64,000 nt of DNA from Burkholderiales bacterium (GTDB taxonomy: Bacteria; Pseudomonadota; Gammaproteobacteria; Burkholderiales; Burkholderiaceae_E). A program made the translations under genes and the position numbers. Under the pieces are notes generated by a model. It was not told the DNA's origin. It saw only the letters and a program-made list of their open reading frames with translations, and ran no database searches. The DNA is taken from the NCBI GenBank assembly GCA_005798775.1, contig SYIM01000036.1, positions 16,378 through 80,377 of the forward strand. The letters run 5' to 3'. Positions 1-8,965 of this stretch are shown here, piece by piece (the stretch's first letter is position 1; each line of letters opens with the position of its first letter).

Positions 1-198
1 CGCATCGCGATGCGCTGCGATTCCCGAAAAGCAGCCGAAGCGGTGGGCTTCGAAACCCGCGCGCTACACGTCAATGGTCCGGGGGGTGGCGGTGGCGGCG
101 CCGACCCCGTCGTAAAAGAGGTGCTTGCTGTTCAGTCGGTCCTGATTCCGCGCGGGCAGGTGGATCCCCAGGTCCGGATCACGGAGCTTCGCTCATGA
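1..198 (+). CDS. 3' end of a CDS running off the left edge; possibly the large AtuA-like (DUF1446-type) partner of the next gene
   Basis: Frame 1 is open from nt 1 to the TGA at 196-198 and overlaps the next start by ATGA. The family guess rests only on the usual large-then-small gene order of AtuA-like pairs; the tail itself is uninformative. Confidence 0.3.
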   Translation, partial: RIAMRCDSRKAAEAVGFETRALHVNGPGGGGGGADPVVKEVLAVQSVLIPRGQVDPQVRITELRS

Positions 199-497
199 CA
201 GCGCTTCATCAGATTGCCCACGGGCGCGCGGGCGACAAGGGGAACACCTCCAACATCTCAGTGATCGCGTTCGACGCTGCCGGATGGTTACTCATCCGCG
301 ACCGGCTGACTGCCCAACGTGTGCAGCAGGCCTTCGCACCTATCGCCACCGGGCCAGTGCGCCGCTATGAGTTGCCGCGCCTCAAAGCCCTCAATTTCGT
401 GATCGAGGGCGCGCTCGGTGGCGGAGTGACCCGCTCCCTTGCACAAGATGCCCACGGCAAATCGCTGAGCAGTCTCATGATGAGTATTGACATCTGA
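195..497 (+). CDS. AtuA-like C-terminal ferredoxin-fold domain protein (DUF4387-like small subunit)
   Basis: 100 aa. HGRAGDKGNTSNISVIA and RYELPRLKALNFVIEGALGGGVTRSLAQDAHGK match my recollection of the C-terminal domain of acyclic-terpene-utilisation AtuA-type proteins. Confidence 0.55.
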   Translation: MTALHQIAHGRAGDKGNTSNISVIAFDAAGWLLIRDRLTAQRVQQAFAPIATGPVRRYELPRLKALNFVIEGALGGGVTRSLAQDAHGKSLSSLMMSIDI

Positions 498-520
498 TTC
501 TTACCCTCGAGGAGAGTGGC

Positions 521-1540
521 GTGTCCGTTGTTGTTGCCTGCCTGGATAACTGGGTACCAGCCGTTCGCGAAGTGGTACGTACGGTTGTCCGTCACCAGAC
601 TGAACATGAGCTCGAGCTCCGCTTTGCCAATTCCTATGACGATGCCGAGCAACATGGGCTGATCGAGCGCGCCGATATCGCACTGCCGGGCTGGGCTGCC
701 ATCACCGGACCCATGCTTGATCGCGCGCATCGGCTTCGATTCATCCAGAAGTGGGGTATCGGCGTGGACCGCATCGATGTGAACGCCGTGCGGGCGCGAG
801 GCATTCCGCTCGCCATCACTGCGGGGGCGAATGCCGCCCCGGTTGCTGAGTTGGCCATTGCGCTCATGCTGGGGGTTTACCGACGCATTGCTCAGGTCGA
901 CCGCGCCATGCGGGAGGGCCGTTGGCTGAAGGCGGAAATGCGCGAAGTCTGCTTTCAGATCAGTGGCAAGACGGTTGGCCTGATCGGTTTCGGCAATATC
1001 GGGAGAATACTGGCAAGACGGCTTCGCGGATTTGATTGCGAGGTGATTTATCACGACACGGTTCGTGCGCCCCCCGCACTCGAGGCGGAGCTTGGGGTGC
1101 GCTATGTCGATTTCGCACCATTGATCGAGCAAAGCGATATCGTGAGCCTGCATGCACCGGCCACCCCCGCCACCGAGCATCTCATGAACGCCGACACGCT
1201 CGCTGCCATGAAGCGGGGATCAATTCTGATCAACACGGCCCGCGGCGAGCTGATCGACGAGGCGGCGCTCGTGCGTGCACTCAAGAGCGGACACCTGCGC
1301 GGGGCGGGCCTGGATACCTTCGCGCAGGAGCCGCCGCCAGCTGACCATCCGCTGCTGCAGCTGGACCAGGTGGTGGCCACCCCACATATCGGTGGCGGCG
1401 TCTTCGATAACGTAGAAAATGTTGCGCGTCACGCCATTGGCAACATTCTGCGATTTCTGTCCGGCGCGCCCATCGCACCGGCTGATCTGATCGTGTGGCC
1501 GGCACAAGCGGCTGCGTTGGAATCAACGAGGCACTCATGA
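521..1540 (+). CDS. D-isomer-specific 2-hydroxyacid dehydrogenase, NAD-binding
   Basis: GKTVGLIGFGNIGRILARRL Rossmann motif; INTARGELIDEAAL and ATPHIGG catalytic region. GTG start preceded by GAGGAGA. Confidence 0.85.
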   Translation: MSVVVACLDNWVPAVREVVRTVVRHQTEHELELRFANSYDDAEQHGLIERADIALPGWAAITGPMLDRAHRLRFIQKWGIGVDRIDVNAVRARGIPLAITAGANAAPVAELAIALMLGVYRRIAQVDRAMREGRWLKAEMREVCFQISGKTVGLIGFGNIGRILARRLRGFDCEVIYHDTVRAPPALEAELGVRYVDFAPLIEQSDIVSLHAPATPATEHLMNADTLAAMKRGSILINTARGELIDEAALVRALKSGHLRGAGLDTFAQEPPPADHPLLQLDQVVATPHIGGGVFDNVENVARHAIGNILRFLSGAPIAPADLIVWPAQAAALESTRHS

Positions 1541-2382
1541 CTTCCTCTCCCGGCGTGACGCCTCCCGGCGTTCGTAATCGGCTGCGCGAGCGCCTGCAGC
1601 GAGGCGGACTCGGCCTTGCCATGATCGTCAAGCAGGTGCGGTCGGTTGACATCGCACTCGCTGCATCCACCTGCGGCTACGACGCCGTCTATGTCGATCT
1701 CGAACATGCGGTGATCTCGGAATCTGAAGCCGCACAGATTTGCATCACTGCCGCCAATATCGGCGTCACACCGCTGGTTCGTGTCCCGGGGCTATCGGCG
1801 TCGGCAATCACCCGCATCCTCGACGCGGGCGCACTCGGCATCGTGGCGCCGCACATCGAGTCCGCCGAGGAAGCCCGCGCGGTGGTCGCAGCCGCGCGCT
1901 TCGCGCCCCTGGGCGAACGCTCGGTGGCGGGCAGCTGGCCGCATTTTCACTATCAGTCGCTACCGGCCGCGCAGGTCCGCAACCTGCTCAACGCCAACAC
2001 GATGGTGGTCTGCATGCTCGAGACGCCGGCAGCGGTGGAGCGCGCCGCCGAGATCGCAGCGGTTCCTGGTGTTGATGTTCTGCATATCGGGTCCAATGAT
2101 CTTTGCGATGCGATGGGCATTCCCGGGCAGTTCGACCATCCCAGGCTCGCACGCGCCTACGACCAGGTGGTCGCCGCCTGCCGGCGTCACGGTAAAACGC
2201 CCGGTGCCGGCGGACTGGGTGGCTCGCCCGAGGTGGCTCGGGCAGCAATCGGTCAGGGCATCCGATTTATCACTGCGGGAAATGACTGGGCGTTTCTGAT
2301 CAGCGCAGCGCGCCAGCGCGCATCCCAGCTGCGCGCGCTCGACCCAGACGCATCCCCCCCTGCCAATAAGGAGGCGAATTAA
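1537..2382 (+). CDS. HpcH/HpaI family 2-keto-3-deoxy-acid aldolase
   Basis: In-frame ATG at 1537 overlaps the upstream stop (ATGA). Motifs YDAVYVDLEHAVISE, VRVPG, APHIESAEEA and MLETPAAV are typical of HpcH/HpaI aldolases. Confidence 0.8.
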   Translation: MTSSPGVTPPGVRNRLRERLQRGGLGLAMIVKQVRSVDIALAASTCGYDAVYVDLEHAVISESEAAQICITAANIGVTPLVRVPGLSASAITRILDAGALGIVAPHIESAEEARAVVAAARFAPLGERSVAGSWPHFHYQSLPAAQVRNLLNANTMVVCMLETPAAVERAAEIAAVPGVDVLHIGSNDLCDAMGIPGQFDHPRLARAYDQVVAACRRHGKTPGAGGLGGSPEVARAAIGQGIRFITAGNDWAFLISAARQRASQLRALDPDASPPANKEAN

Positions 2383-3305
2383 TGCGTGTCGTTGCAGACG
2401 ATCTGTGGTTCCCGGAAGGCCCTGTCTGGGTGGGTGATGGCAGTCTGCTGGTGGTTGAGATCCGGCGGCGAACACTCACCCAGATCTGGCTGGATGGGCG
2501 CAAGCGAGTGGTTGCCGAATTGGGGGGCGGCCCCAACGGCGCCGCCATCGGGCCCGACGGCCATGCCTACGTCTGTAACAACGGGGGCTTTGCCTTTCGT
2601 CAGCGACCCGACGGCCGTTGGGTCACCCACGGCACACCCGATGATTACGACGCCGGCCGAATCGAGCGTGTGAACCTCGCCACCGGCAAGGTCGAGCGTC
2701 TTTACGATCGCGTCGGCGACAGCAAAATCCGCGGGCCCAATGATCTCTGCTTCGATACCCACGGCGGCTTCTGGTTCACCGACCCGGGGAAGACCCGACA
2801 CCGCGACTGGGACCGAGGCAGCGTCTGTTATGCCAAAGCCGATGGATCATCAGTGCGTGAACTGATTTCCCCGATTCATAAGCCCAACGGGGTTGGCCTC
2901 TCTCCTGACGGCAAGACGCTCTATGTCGCCGAAACCGAATCCGCCCGCCTGTGGGCCTGGCCGCTCAAGGGGCCAGGTGAGCTGGCCCAGCCGGCCACGG
3001 CATCGCCCGATTCACCACATGGCAGCCGCCTGGTGTATCAGTGGCCCGGCTATGCGCGCTTCGATTCGCTCGCTGTCGAGGCTGACGGACGGATTGCCGT
3101 GGCCACCCTCGATCGCGGCGGTATCACCAGTTGCCACCCCACCGACGGTAGCGCAGACTTCGAACCGGTTCCGGGTGATACGCACATCACCAATGTCTGT
3201 TTCGGCGGCGAAGGGCTTCGCAAGGCCTATGTCACCCAGTCCTACGCGGGCCGCCTGGTCGAGATCGACTGGCCCCGTGCCGGTCTCAAGCAATTTCAAC
3301 TCTGA
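2382..3305 (+). CDS. SMP-30/gluconolactonase/LRE family lactonase
   Basis: FPEGPVW, GGGPNGAAIGPDG, GPNDLCFD and PNGVGLSPDGKTLYVAET beta-propeller repeats. TAATG overlap with the aldolase gene. Confidence 0.8.
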   Translation: MRVVADDLWFPEGPVWVGDGSLLVVEIRRRTLTQIWLDGRKRVVAELGGGPNGAAIGPDGHAYVCNNGGFAFRQRPDGRWVTHGTPDDYDAGRIERVNLATGKVERLYDRVGDSKIRGPNDLCFDTHGGFWFTDPGKTRHRDWDRGSVCYAKADGSSVRELISPIHKPNGVGLSPDGKTLYVAETESARLWAWPLKGPGELAQPATASPDSPHGSRLVYQWPGYARFDSLAVEADGRIAVATLDRGGITSCHPTDGSADFEPVPGDTHITNVCFGGEGLRKAYVTQSYAGRLVEIDWPRAGLKQFQL

Positions 3306-3310
3306 CGGAT

Positions 3311-3616
3311 ATGGCCATGCATTTTCTCGTGATCAGCACCCCCCGCCCCGAAAAGCCGTCCGAGGCCCGCGCCAATCAGAAGGCGTGGTGGGCCTGGCTG
3401 GCCCCCCTGATCAAAGACAGTACGGCCAAGCATGTTTACACCAAGCTCGGCCGGGGCGCAGTCATTATTTTTGAAGTCGACTCGCTCGAACGCGTTCATG
3501 CGCTCGTCAACCAGTGGCAGGAGTGTGTGCCGGCCACTTTCGAGGTGATGCCGCTTCTACCCTGGCAGCACCAGGCTGCGATCGCCCAGGCGCAGACCAA
3601 CCCCATGGCGCTTTAA
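3311..3616 (+). CDS. Small dimeric alpha/beta-barrel protein (muconolactone-isomerase-like / DUF3303-like)
   Basis: 101 aa. The MHFLVIS start and FEVDSLERVHALVNQW..FEVMPLL pattern resemble ferredoxin-like barrel proteins; the assignment is weak. Confidence 0.4.
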   Translation: MAMHFLVISTPRPEKPSEARANQKAWWAWLAPLIKDSTAKHVYTKLGRGAVIIFEVDSLERVHALVNQWQECVPATFEVMPLLPWQHQAAIAQAQTNPMAL

Positions 3617-3847
3617 TCTGCCCCACGGGGCGACCGTCGCGAACACGCCGCCCCACCCTGCTGCCCCACCCCGCTACCCAGTCAACCGGCGCCCTGCTTC
3701 AGGCGCCTCGTGAATCTCGGCCTGGACGCTGGACGTCTCACGGCGAATCCACTACCCTCGGTCCGCCTGAGTGGGTTTGCGCGCAAACAACCCGCTGACC
3801 GAAAACAAGCGCCCGGCGCGCACGAACCACACCCGAGGAGGAGTCCC

Positions 3848-4831
3848 ATGAGTTCATCGTTTTCACGTCGCGATGCGCTTCGCGCAAGTGCCGGTATCGC
3901 CACCTTTGCGATCGGCGGCAAGGCCATGGCCGCCTGGCCCGACCGCCCCATCACACTGATCGTGCCGTATCCGGCAGGCGGCGGCACCGATATCGTTGCG
4001 CGCACGCTCGCGCCCATCATGGAGCGCGAACTCAAGGCCACCATCAATGTGGTGAACCGGGCAGGCGGAGGCGGCATCACGGGACATGATGCGATCGCCC
4101 GCGCTCAGCCTGACGGCTACACCATCGGCATGCTCACCAACGACCTGTCTTTCTACACGCACCTGGGCCAGTCAAAACTCACCCATCGCGACTTCACCAA
4201 GATTGGTCAGACCAACGAGATTCTGGGCAGCGTCACCGTCAAGGAGGGCGCGCCCTGGAAAACCGTTGGTGAACTGCTGGCCGCCATCCAGGCGCAGCCT
4301 GGCAAATTACGCGGTACCGGCGCCGCGCCCGGGGTCAACTGGCATGTCGGCTTTCTGGGCATGATGGACAGCCTCAAGATGGACCCGCGCTCGGTGGTGT
4401 GGGTGCCTGCGCAGGGCGGCACGCTGGGCCATCAGGACGTCGCTGCGGGCGGCTCCGAGTTCTCCACCTCGTCGCTTGCTGAGGCACGCGCCCTGCTCGA
4501 AGCGAAGAAGGTGCGCACGCTCTGCCTCATGGGCGATGCACGCGCCGAACAGTTCCCCGACATTCCCACTCTCAAAGAGGCCACCGGCTCGGACTGGACC
4601 TTCGCCGTGGTGCATGGCATGGGCGGCCCCAAGGGCCTACCGGCAGAGGTCACCGCCCGCCTGAGCGACGCGCTCGCCAAAGCGCACGCCAATACCGACT
4701 TCCAGGCCGCTTTGAAGCAGCGCACGATCCGCGCCATCAATCGCAAGGCCGACGCCTGGGAGGCCATCCTGGAGCAGCAGTTGAACACCTACGGGCGCCT
4801 GCTGCGCGACGCTGGCCTCGCGCGTGGCTGA
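3848..4831 (+). CDS. tctC: Tripartite tricarboxylate transporter substrate-binding protein (Bug/TctC family)
   Basis: Tat/Sec-like leader MSSSFSRRDALRASAGIATFAIGGKAMA, then WPDRPITLIVPYPAGGGTDIVAR. GAGGAGG lies ~6 nt upstream of ATG 3848. Confidence 0.85.
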   Translation: MSSSFSRRDALRASAGIATFAIGGKAMAAWPDRPITLIVPYPAGGGTDIVARTLAPIMERELKATINVVNRAGGGGITGHDAIARAQPDGYTIGMLTNDLSFYTHLGQSKLTHRDFTKIGQTNEILGSVTVKEGAPWKTVGELLAAIQAQPGKLRGTGAAPGVNWHVGFLGMMDSLKMDPRSVVWVPAQGGTLGHQDVAAGGSEFSTSSLAEARALLEAKKVRTLCLMGDARAEQFPDIPTLKEATGSDWTFAVVHGMGGPKGLPAEVTARLSDALAKAHANTDFQAALKQRTIRAINRKADAWEAILEQQLNTYGRLLRDAGLARG

Positions 4832-5279
4832 CCTCGCCCGTCGCCTGGGCACCGCGCTGCCGGTGGCGGCGCTGGGTGTAGCAGCAATCTGGTTTTCGCG
4901 CGACTTCCCACCTGTACCCGGGCAGATCTATGGACCCGGGCTGTTCCCAGCAATTCTCGGCTGGGTGCTCACCGCCTGCTCGCTGGGCGTGGCGCTCCAA
5001 CCTGCGGGCGACCACCGTGCCACCGTGGCTACGCCCGAAGGCAGGTTTGCTGCGGCGGTCTACGCGCTTGCGCCTGCGGTACTGCTCCTGGGATGGGAGT
5101 CCATCGGCTGGCCAATCCTGTCGCTTGCGCTCGGCGCTGCGCTCCTCGCCGTCGGCCGCGTACGCTGGTGGCGGTGCCTGCTGGGCGGCCTGCTGATCGC
5201 TGTGTTGACCTGGGTACTCTTTCCCATGCTGCTTCGCGTGCCGCTGCCGCGCGGGCCGCTACCTTTCATTCCTTACTGA
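4824..5279 (+). CDS. tctB: Tripartite tricarboxylate transporter small membrane subunit TctB
   Basis: 151 aa with about four hydrophobic helices. GTG start overlaps the tctC stop; the gene lies between tctC and tctA. Confidence 0.6.
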   Translation: MADLARRLGTALPVAALGVAAIWFSRDFPPVPGQIYGPGLFPAILGWVLTACSLGVALQPAGDHRATVATPEGRFAAAVYALAPAVLLLGWESIGWPILSLALGAALLAVGRVRWWRCLLGGLLIAVLTWVLFPMLLRVPLPRGPLPFIPY

Positions 5280-5295
5280 TTCCGCGAGGCTGTGG

Positions 5296-6810
5296 ATGGA
5301 CGCCTTGCTGCGCGCGTTCACGATGGTGGGACAACCCGAGGTGCTGCTCACCATCGTCGCGTCGTCGATCTTCGGTCTGGTGGTGGGCTTCATCCCAGGT
5401 CTCACAGCCACGATGGCCACTGCGCTGCTCGTTCCCTTTGCCATGTTCCTCGACCCGGTCTCGGCGATCGCGTCCATCGTGGCGGCCACTGCCATGGCGA
5501 TCTTCGCAGGCGACATTCCAGGTACGCTGCTGCGGCTGCCAGGTACGCCCGCCTCGGCCGCTTACGTAGACCAGTCTTATCGGCTCGCGATGGCTGGACG
5601 CGCCGGTGAGATCCTGGGCATCAATGTGGTGTTTTCCGCGTTGGGCGGCATCTTCGGCACGATCGTGCTGGTGACCGCCGCACCGCTTCTTGCCGACTAC
5701 GCACTACGGCTGTCTTCATTGGAGTTTTTCTGGCTTGCCATCCTGGGCTTGTCCTGCGCGGTGTTCGTGGTGGGCGACAACGTGGCGAAGGGCCTCGCCG
5801 CCCTCGCTTTTGGACTGCTGCTCGCCACAGTAGGGCGCGACTACACCTCAGGCTTTCCCAGGTTCACGTTCGACGAAGCCGATCTGCTCGACGGCATTCC
5901 ATTCGTTCCCGCATTGATCGGCTTTTTCGCGCTGCCGGAAATCCTTCGGACCATGCTGGGCGGCGCAGCGGTGCGAGGCCAGCCCATCACGCAGGCTGGC
6001 AGTATCTTTTCCGGCATGCTGCGCGCGGTCTGGCACTGGCGCTGGAATTTCATCCGGTCAAGCGCACTCGGCACTGCGGTCGGCGCGCTGCCAGGGGCGG
6101 GCGCCGACACCGCGGCCTGGACCGCCTACGCGGTGTCGAAGAAGCTCACGCGTGATCCCCAAGCCTGGGAGCGGGACAGCGTGGAGGGTATTGTGGATTC
6201 CACCAGCGCCAATAACGCTGCGCTGTCCGGCGCCTGGATTCCAGCGTTGGTCTTTGCGATACCGGGCGACACCATCACCGCCATCGCCATCGCTGTGCTC
6301 TACCTCAAAAACGTCACGCCCGGGCCCTCGATTTTTCTAGAAAACGCGCACGTGCTCTACGCGGTGTTCACCACGTTCTTTATCGCCAACCTGCTCATGA
6401 TTCCGCTCGGCTGGCTCGCGATCCGGGTGGCGATTCCCATTCTCAGAGTGCCGCGCCAGGTGCTGATGGCGCCCCTCCTGCTCTTTGCCTGCGTGGGGGC
6501 TTACGCGGTCGACAATAATGTGTTTGGCATCGGCGTGATGCTGGTCTGCGGTCTGGTGGGCTACTGGATGGAGCACCACGGTTACCCGGTGGGCCCGGTG
6601 GTGCTGGGCATGGTGATGGGACGTCTGGTCGAAGAACATCTGATGACCTCGCTCATCAAGGTGCAGGGTGATCTCACGCGGTTTTTCGAGCGGCCGATAG
6701 CCACCGCGCTCGCGGTGTTCACGCTGACTGTCTGGCTGCTACCGCTTGCGCGGTGGGTGGCTAGGCGAATGCGGCGTTCATCCGCCTCGGGTTCCGCCGG
6801 CTCGGGTTGA
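5296..6810 (+). CDS. tctA: Tripartite tricarboxylate transporter large permease TctA
   Basis: 504-aa polytopic membrane protein; GFIPGLTATMATALLVPF and GALPGAGADTAAWTAY are typical TctA motifs. Confidence 0.9.
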   Translation: MDALLRAFTMVGQPEVLLTIVASSIFGLVVGFIPGLTATMATALLVPFAMFLDPVSAIASIVAATAMAIFAGDIPGTLLRLPGTPASAAYVDQSYRLAMAGRAGEILGINVVFSALGGIFGTIVLVTAAPLLADYALRLSSLEFFWLAILGLSCAVFVVGDNVAKGLAALAFGLLLATVGRDYTSGFPRFTFDEADLLDGIPFVPALIGFFALPEILRTMLGGAAVRGQPITQAGSIFSGMLRAVWHWRWNFIRSSALGTAVGALPGAGADTAAWTAYAVSKKLTRDPQAWERDSVEGIVDSTSANNAALSGAWIPALVFAIPGDTITAIAIAVLYLKNVTPGPSIFLENAHVLYAVFTTFFIANLLMIPLGWLAIRVAIPILRVPRQVLMAPLLLFACVGAYAVDNNVFGIGVMLVCGLVGYWMEHHGYPVGPVVLGMVMGRLVEEHLMTSLIKVQGDLTRFFERPIATALAVFTLTVWLLPLARWVARRMRRSSASGSAGSG

Positions 6811-6871
6811 AGGAGCAGCACCGTTGGACACTCATTCCGACGCGGCCCTTGCCGCAACGCAGGTCCCTGAG

Positions 6872-7777
6872 ATGGAAAACGTCGCGGTCATCGATGCCCA
6901 CCATCACCTCTGGGACCTGGATGCCAATGAACACCCCTGGCTGCGCGACGAGCCGCCCCCGGCCTTTCGCTATGGTGACAGCCGACCCCTGCGACGCAAC
7001 TATCTGCCTGCGCACTACCGCGCGGATGCAGCGGGATTCAATATCGTAGCGACGGTCTATATGGAGGCCGAACACGACCCGGCTGACCCACTTCGTGAAA
7101 CCCGCTGGGTGCATCAGATCGCCAAACGTGACGGCCTGCCGCAGGCCATGGCAGCGGCCGCGTTTTTCGACCGCGACGACGCACGCGACATCATCTTCGC
7201 TCAGGCGGTCTTACCTCTGGTTCGGAGCATCCGTCACAAGCCGAGCGGGGTGGCGCACCCGCAGGACTGCACCGCCGGGCACCAGATCGCAGGATCGATG
7301 CGCTGTCCGCGCTGGCGCCTGGGCTATCGTCATCTGGTTGAAAGCGGCCTTCACTTCGAACTGCAGACCCCCTGGTGGCATCTGGATGACGCCTGCGAAC
7401 TCGCCGCCGAATTTCCGGGCACGCTCATCATCCTCAATCACCTGGGGCTGCCCGCCGACCGAAGCCAGGCGGCGTTACAGGCCTGGCATGCGGCCATGTC
7501 GCGACTCGCCCAGGCACCGAATATCCGGGTCAAGCTCTCGGGCATCTGCGTGCCGGGGGCACGATGGACGCCAGAACTCAATGGCTGGATCGTGCGCGAA
7601 GCCATCCGCCTGTTCGGCGCGAGGCGTTGCATGTGGGCGAGCAATTTCCCCGTTGACGGATTGGTGGCGAGCTACGCCGACATCCTGAGTGCGATGTTTG
7701 TGATCACCCGTGACCTCGCGCCTACCGATCGTGCTCGAATCTTCAGCGGCACAGCGGCCGAGGTGTACCGGCTGTAG
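6872..7777 (+). CDS. Amidohydrolase_2 family metal-dependent hydrolase (sugar-lactonase/decarboxylase type)
   Basis: The N-terminus VIDAHHHLWD is the hallmark of this family. In-frame ATG at 6872; the longer ORF from 6746 overlaps tctA and was not used. Confidence 0.8.
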   Translation: MENVAVIDAHHHLWDLDANEHPWLRDEPPPAFRYGDSRPLRRNYLPAHYRADAAGFNIVATVYMEAEHDPADPLRETRWVHQIAKRDGLPQAMAAAAFFDRDDARDIIFAQAVLPLVRSIRHKPSGVAHPQDCTAGHQIAGSMRCPRWRLGYRHLVESGLHFELQTPWWHLDDACELAAEFPGTLIILNHLGLPADRSQAALQAWHAAMSRLAQAPNIRVKLSGICVPGARWTPELNGWIVREAIRLFGARRCMWASNFPVDGLVASYADILSAMFVITRDLAPTDRARIFSGTAAEVYRL

Positions 7778-7805
7778 CGACGCGCGGGCGAACAGCCCGC
7801 GCCGA

Positions 7806-8849
7806 TCAGATTACCTTGGCAGCCCGCACAGCAATCGCTGAGCCGCGCTCCACCAGCATGCACCACAGGGACAGTGCGCGATCGCCCAGCGTGGCTGGTT
7901 GCGACGCCAGGTCAGTCAGGCCCGGGGCCCTGTGATCGTCGAGCGCGCGCGTTGCATCGTCGCGATGCCGGCATTCGTCATTCCGAAAGGACACCAGGAG
8001 CGCCAGCAGCTCGCGTAGCCGGTCGTCCTGTGAACCGGGGTTCGCGGGCTCGCACCAGCCGGTGCTGCAGTTGTTCAGCGCTGGCTGGAGGGCTGCTGTG
8101 TCACCCCTGAGCGAATCGATCGGCCACTGCAGGTCTTCGATCTGCTCGAGGTAATGACGGTCAACAAACCGCTCGACTGCCGCGATCGTCGCAAGTGTCC
8201 AACGACGGCCTCCCAGCGCGGCGACCATCCCAGTGACCGCGCCTGCAATCCGCCAGAGCACCAGCAGCCGACTGCGATGGCGCCACGGCAGCAGCGTGTT
8301 GAAAGCGTCCAGATGCTGGCGTTCCTGCGCAGCGTGCTCCTCAAGGAGAGGGCGCAGGCCGGGATCGCGTTGCAGGGCAAGCATCATCCGGTAGATCCAC
8401 ACCGCGCCGGTTTCGCCTGCATGGTCTGAACGGAGCGCCGGAATCATCTGCGCCGGAAGCCACTGCTCACGGACAAGATGACGGACAAGCTCTTGCATGC
8501 GTGGCCGCACCCGAAGGAACAACCCGTACACAGCGTCCATCACCCGCAGGCCGCCGGGCAGTCTGCCGATCAGTGCCAAAGCGCGCCATGACCGCCCGAG
8601 TCGTGCCCAAAGCAGCGCGAAAGCTGGCGCCCCGTGTAGCCAGCGCCCTTCGCTGCTGAATACATGAAAACGCTGCATGAGCGCCGCGGGGTCGGGCTGA
8701 TAGCCTGCCTGATCGCTCGGAATGGTCAGACCCGGCTGCGACAGGTTGTTCCAGAGAATGTCGGCGGGGGACTGTCTGCGATAGACCGCCACCTCACGAA
8801 CGCACATTGGACAGGACCCGTCGAAAAACACACTTAGTGTAGGACGCAT
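7806..8849 (-). CDS. Fusion protein: DCC-type thiol-disulfide oxidoreductase (DUF393) domain + Coq7-like di-iron hydroxylase domain
   Basis: N-terminal FFDGSCPMCVREV (DUF393 CxxC). The C-terminal half carries the Coq7 ligand motifs DHAGE, EERQH-type ExxH, AAVERF and DECRH. Start taken at ATG 8849; a TTG at 8936 is possible. Confidence 0.7.
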   Translation of the reverse strand: MRPTLSVFFDGSCPMCVREVAVYRRQSPADILWNNLSQPGLTIPSDQAGYQPDPAALMQRFHVFSSEGRWLHGAPAFALLWARLGRSWRALALIGRLPGGLRVMDAVYGLFLRVRPRMQELVRHLVREQWLPAQMIPALRSDHAGETGAVWIYRMMLALQRDPGLRPLLEEHAAQERQHLDAFNTLLPWRHRSRLLVLWRIAGAVTGMVAALGGRRWTLATIAAVERFVDRHYLEQIEDLQWPIDSLRGDTAALQPALNNCSTGWCEPANPGSQDDRLRELLALLVSFRNDECRHRDDATRALDDHRAPGLTDLASQPATLGDRALSLWCMLVERGSAIAVRAAKVI

Positions 8850-8965
8850 AAGGTCAAGGATAGCGCGGACTGTACGCAGCGATCTCGGCAAACATCCTCT
8901 GCAAGGAGGGTCAATCGGCGGGCCCCGACGCAGCAATCGTTTCCAGACCCGCAGCGCTTGGCGGC

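Noticed and set aside
365-1180. 271-codon minus-strand ORF opposite the 2-hydroxyacid dehydrogenase. Similar long antisense ORFs occur at 16847-17446, 17179-17742, 25222-26007, 42754-43677, 43439-44125, 50771-51505, 60734-61336 and 61499-62197.
   Set aside because: Each is antisense to, or out of frame within, a confidently recognised gene, and none shows a known motif. I treat them as GC-rich shadow frames.
3710-3847. N-terminal extensions offered by the ORF track: tctC from 3710, amidohydrolase from 6746, E2 from 17946, VOC from 20559, LeuC-like from 30679, LivM-like from 53296, LivG-like from 54465, and others
   Set aside because: The extensions overlap upstream genes or spacers, are Arg/Pro-rich and lack an RBS. 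Internal in-frame ATG/GTG codons with Shine-Dalgarno sequences give proteins that begin at the expected family N-termini.
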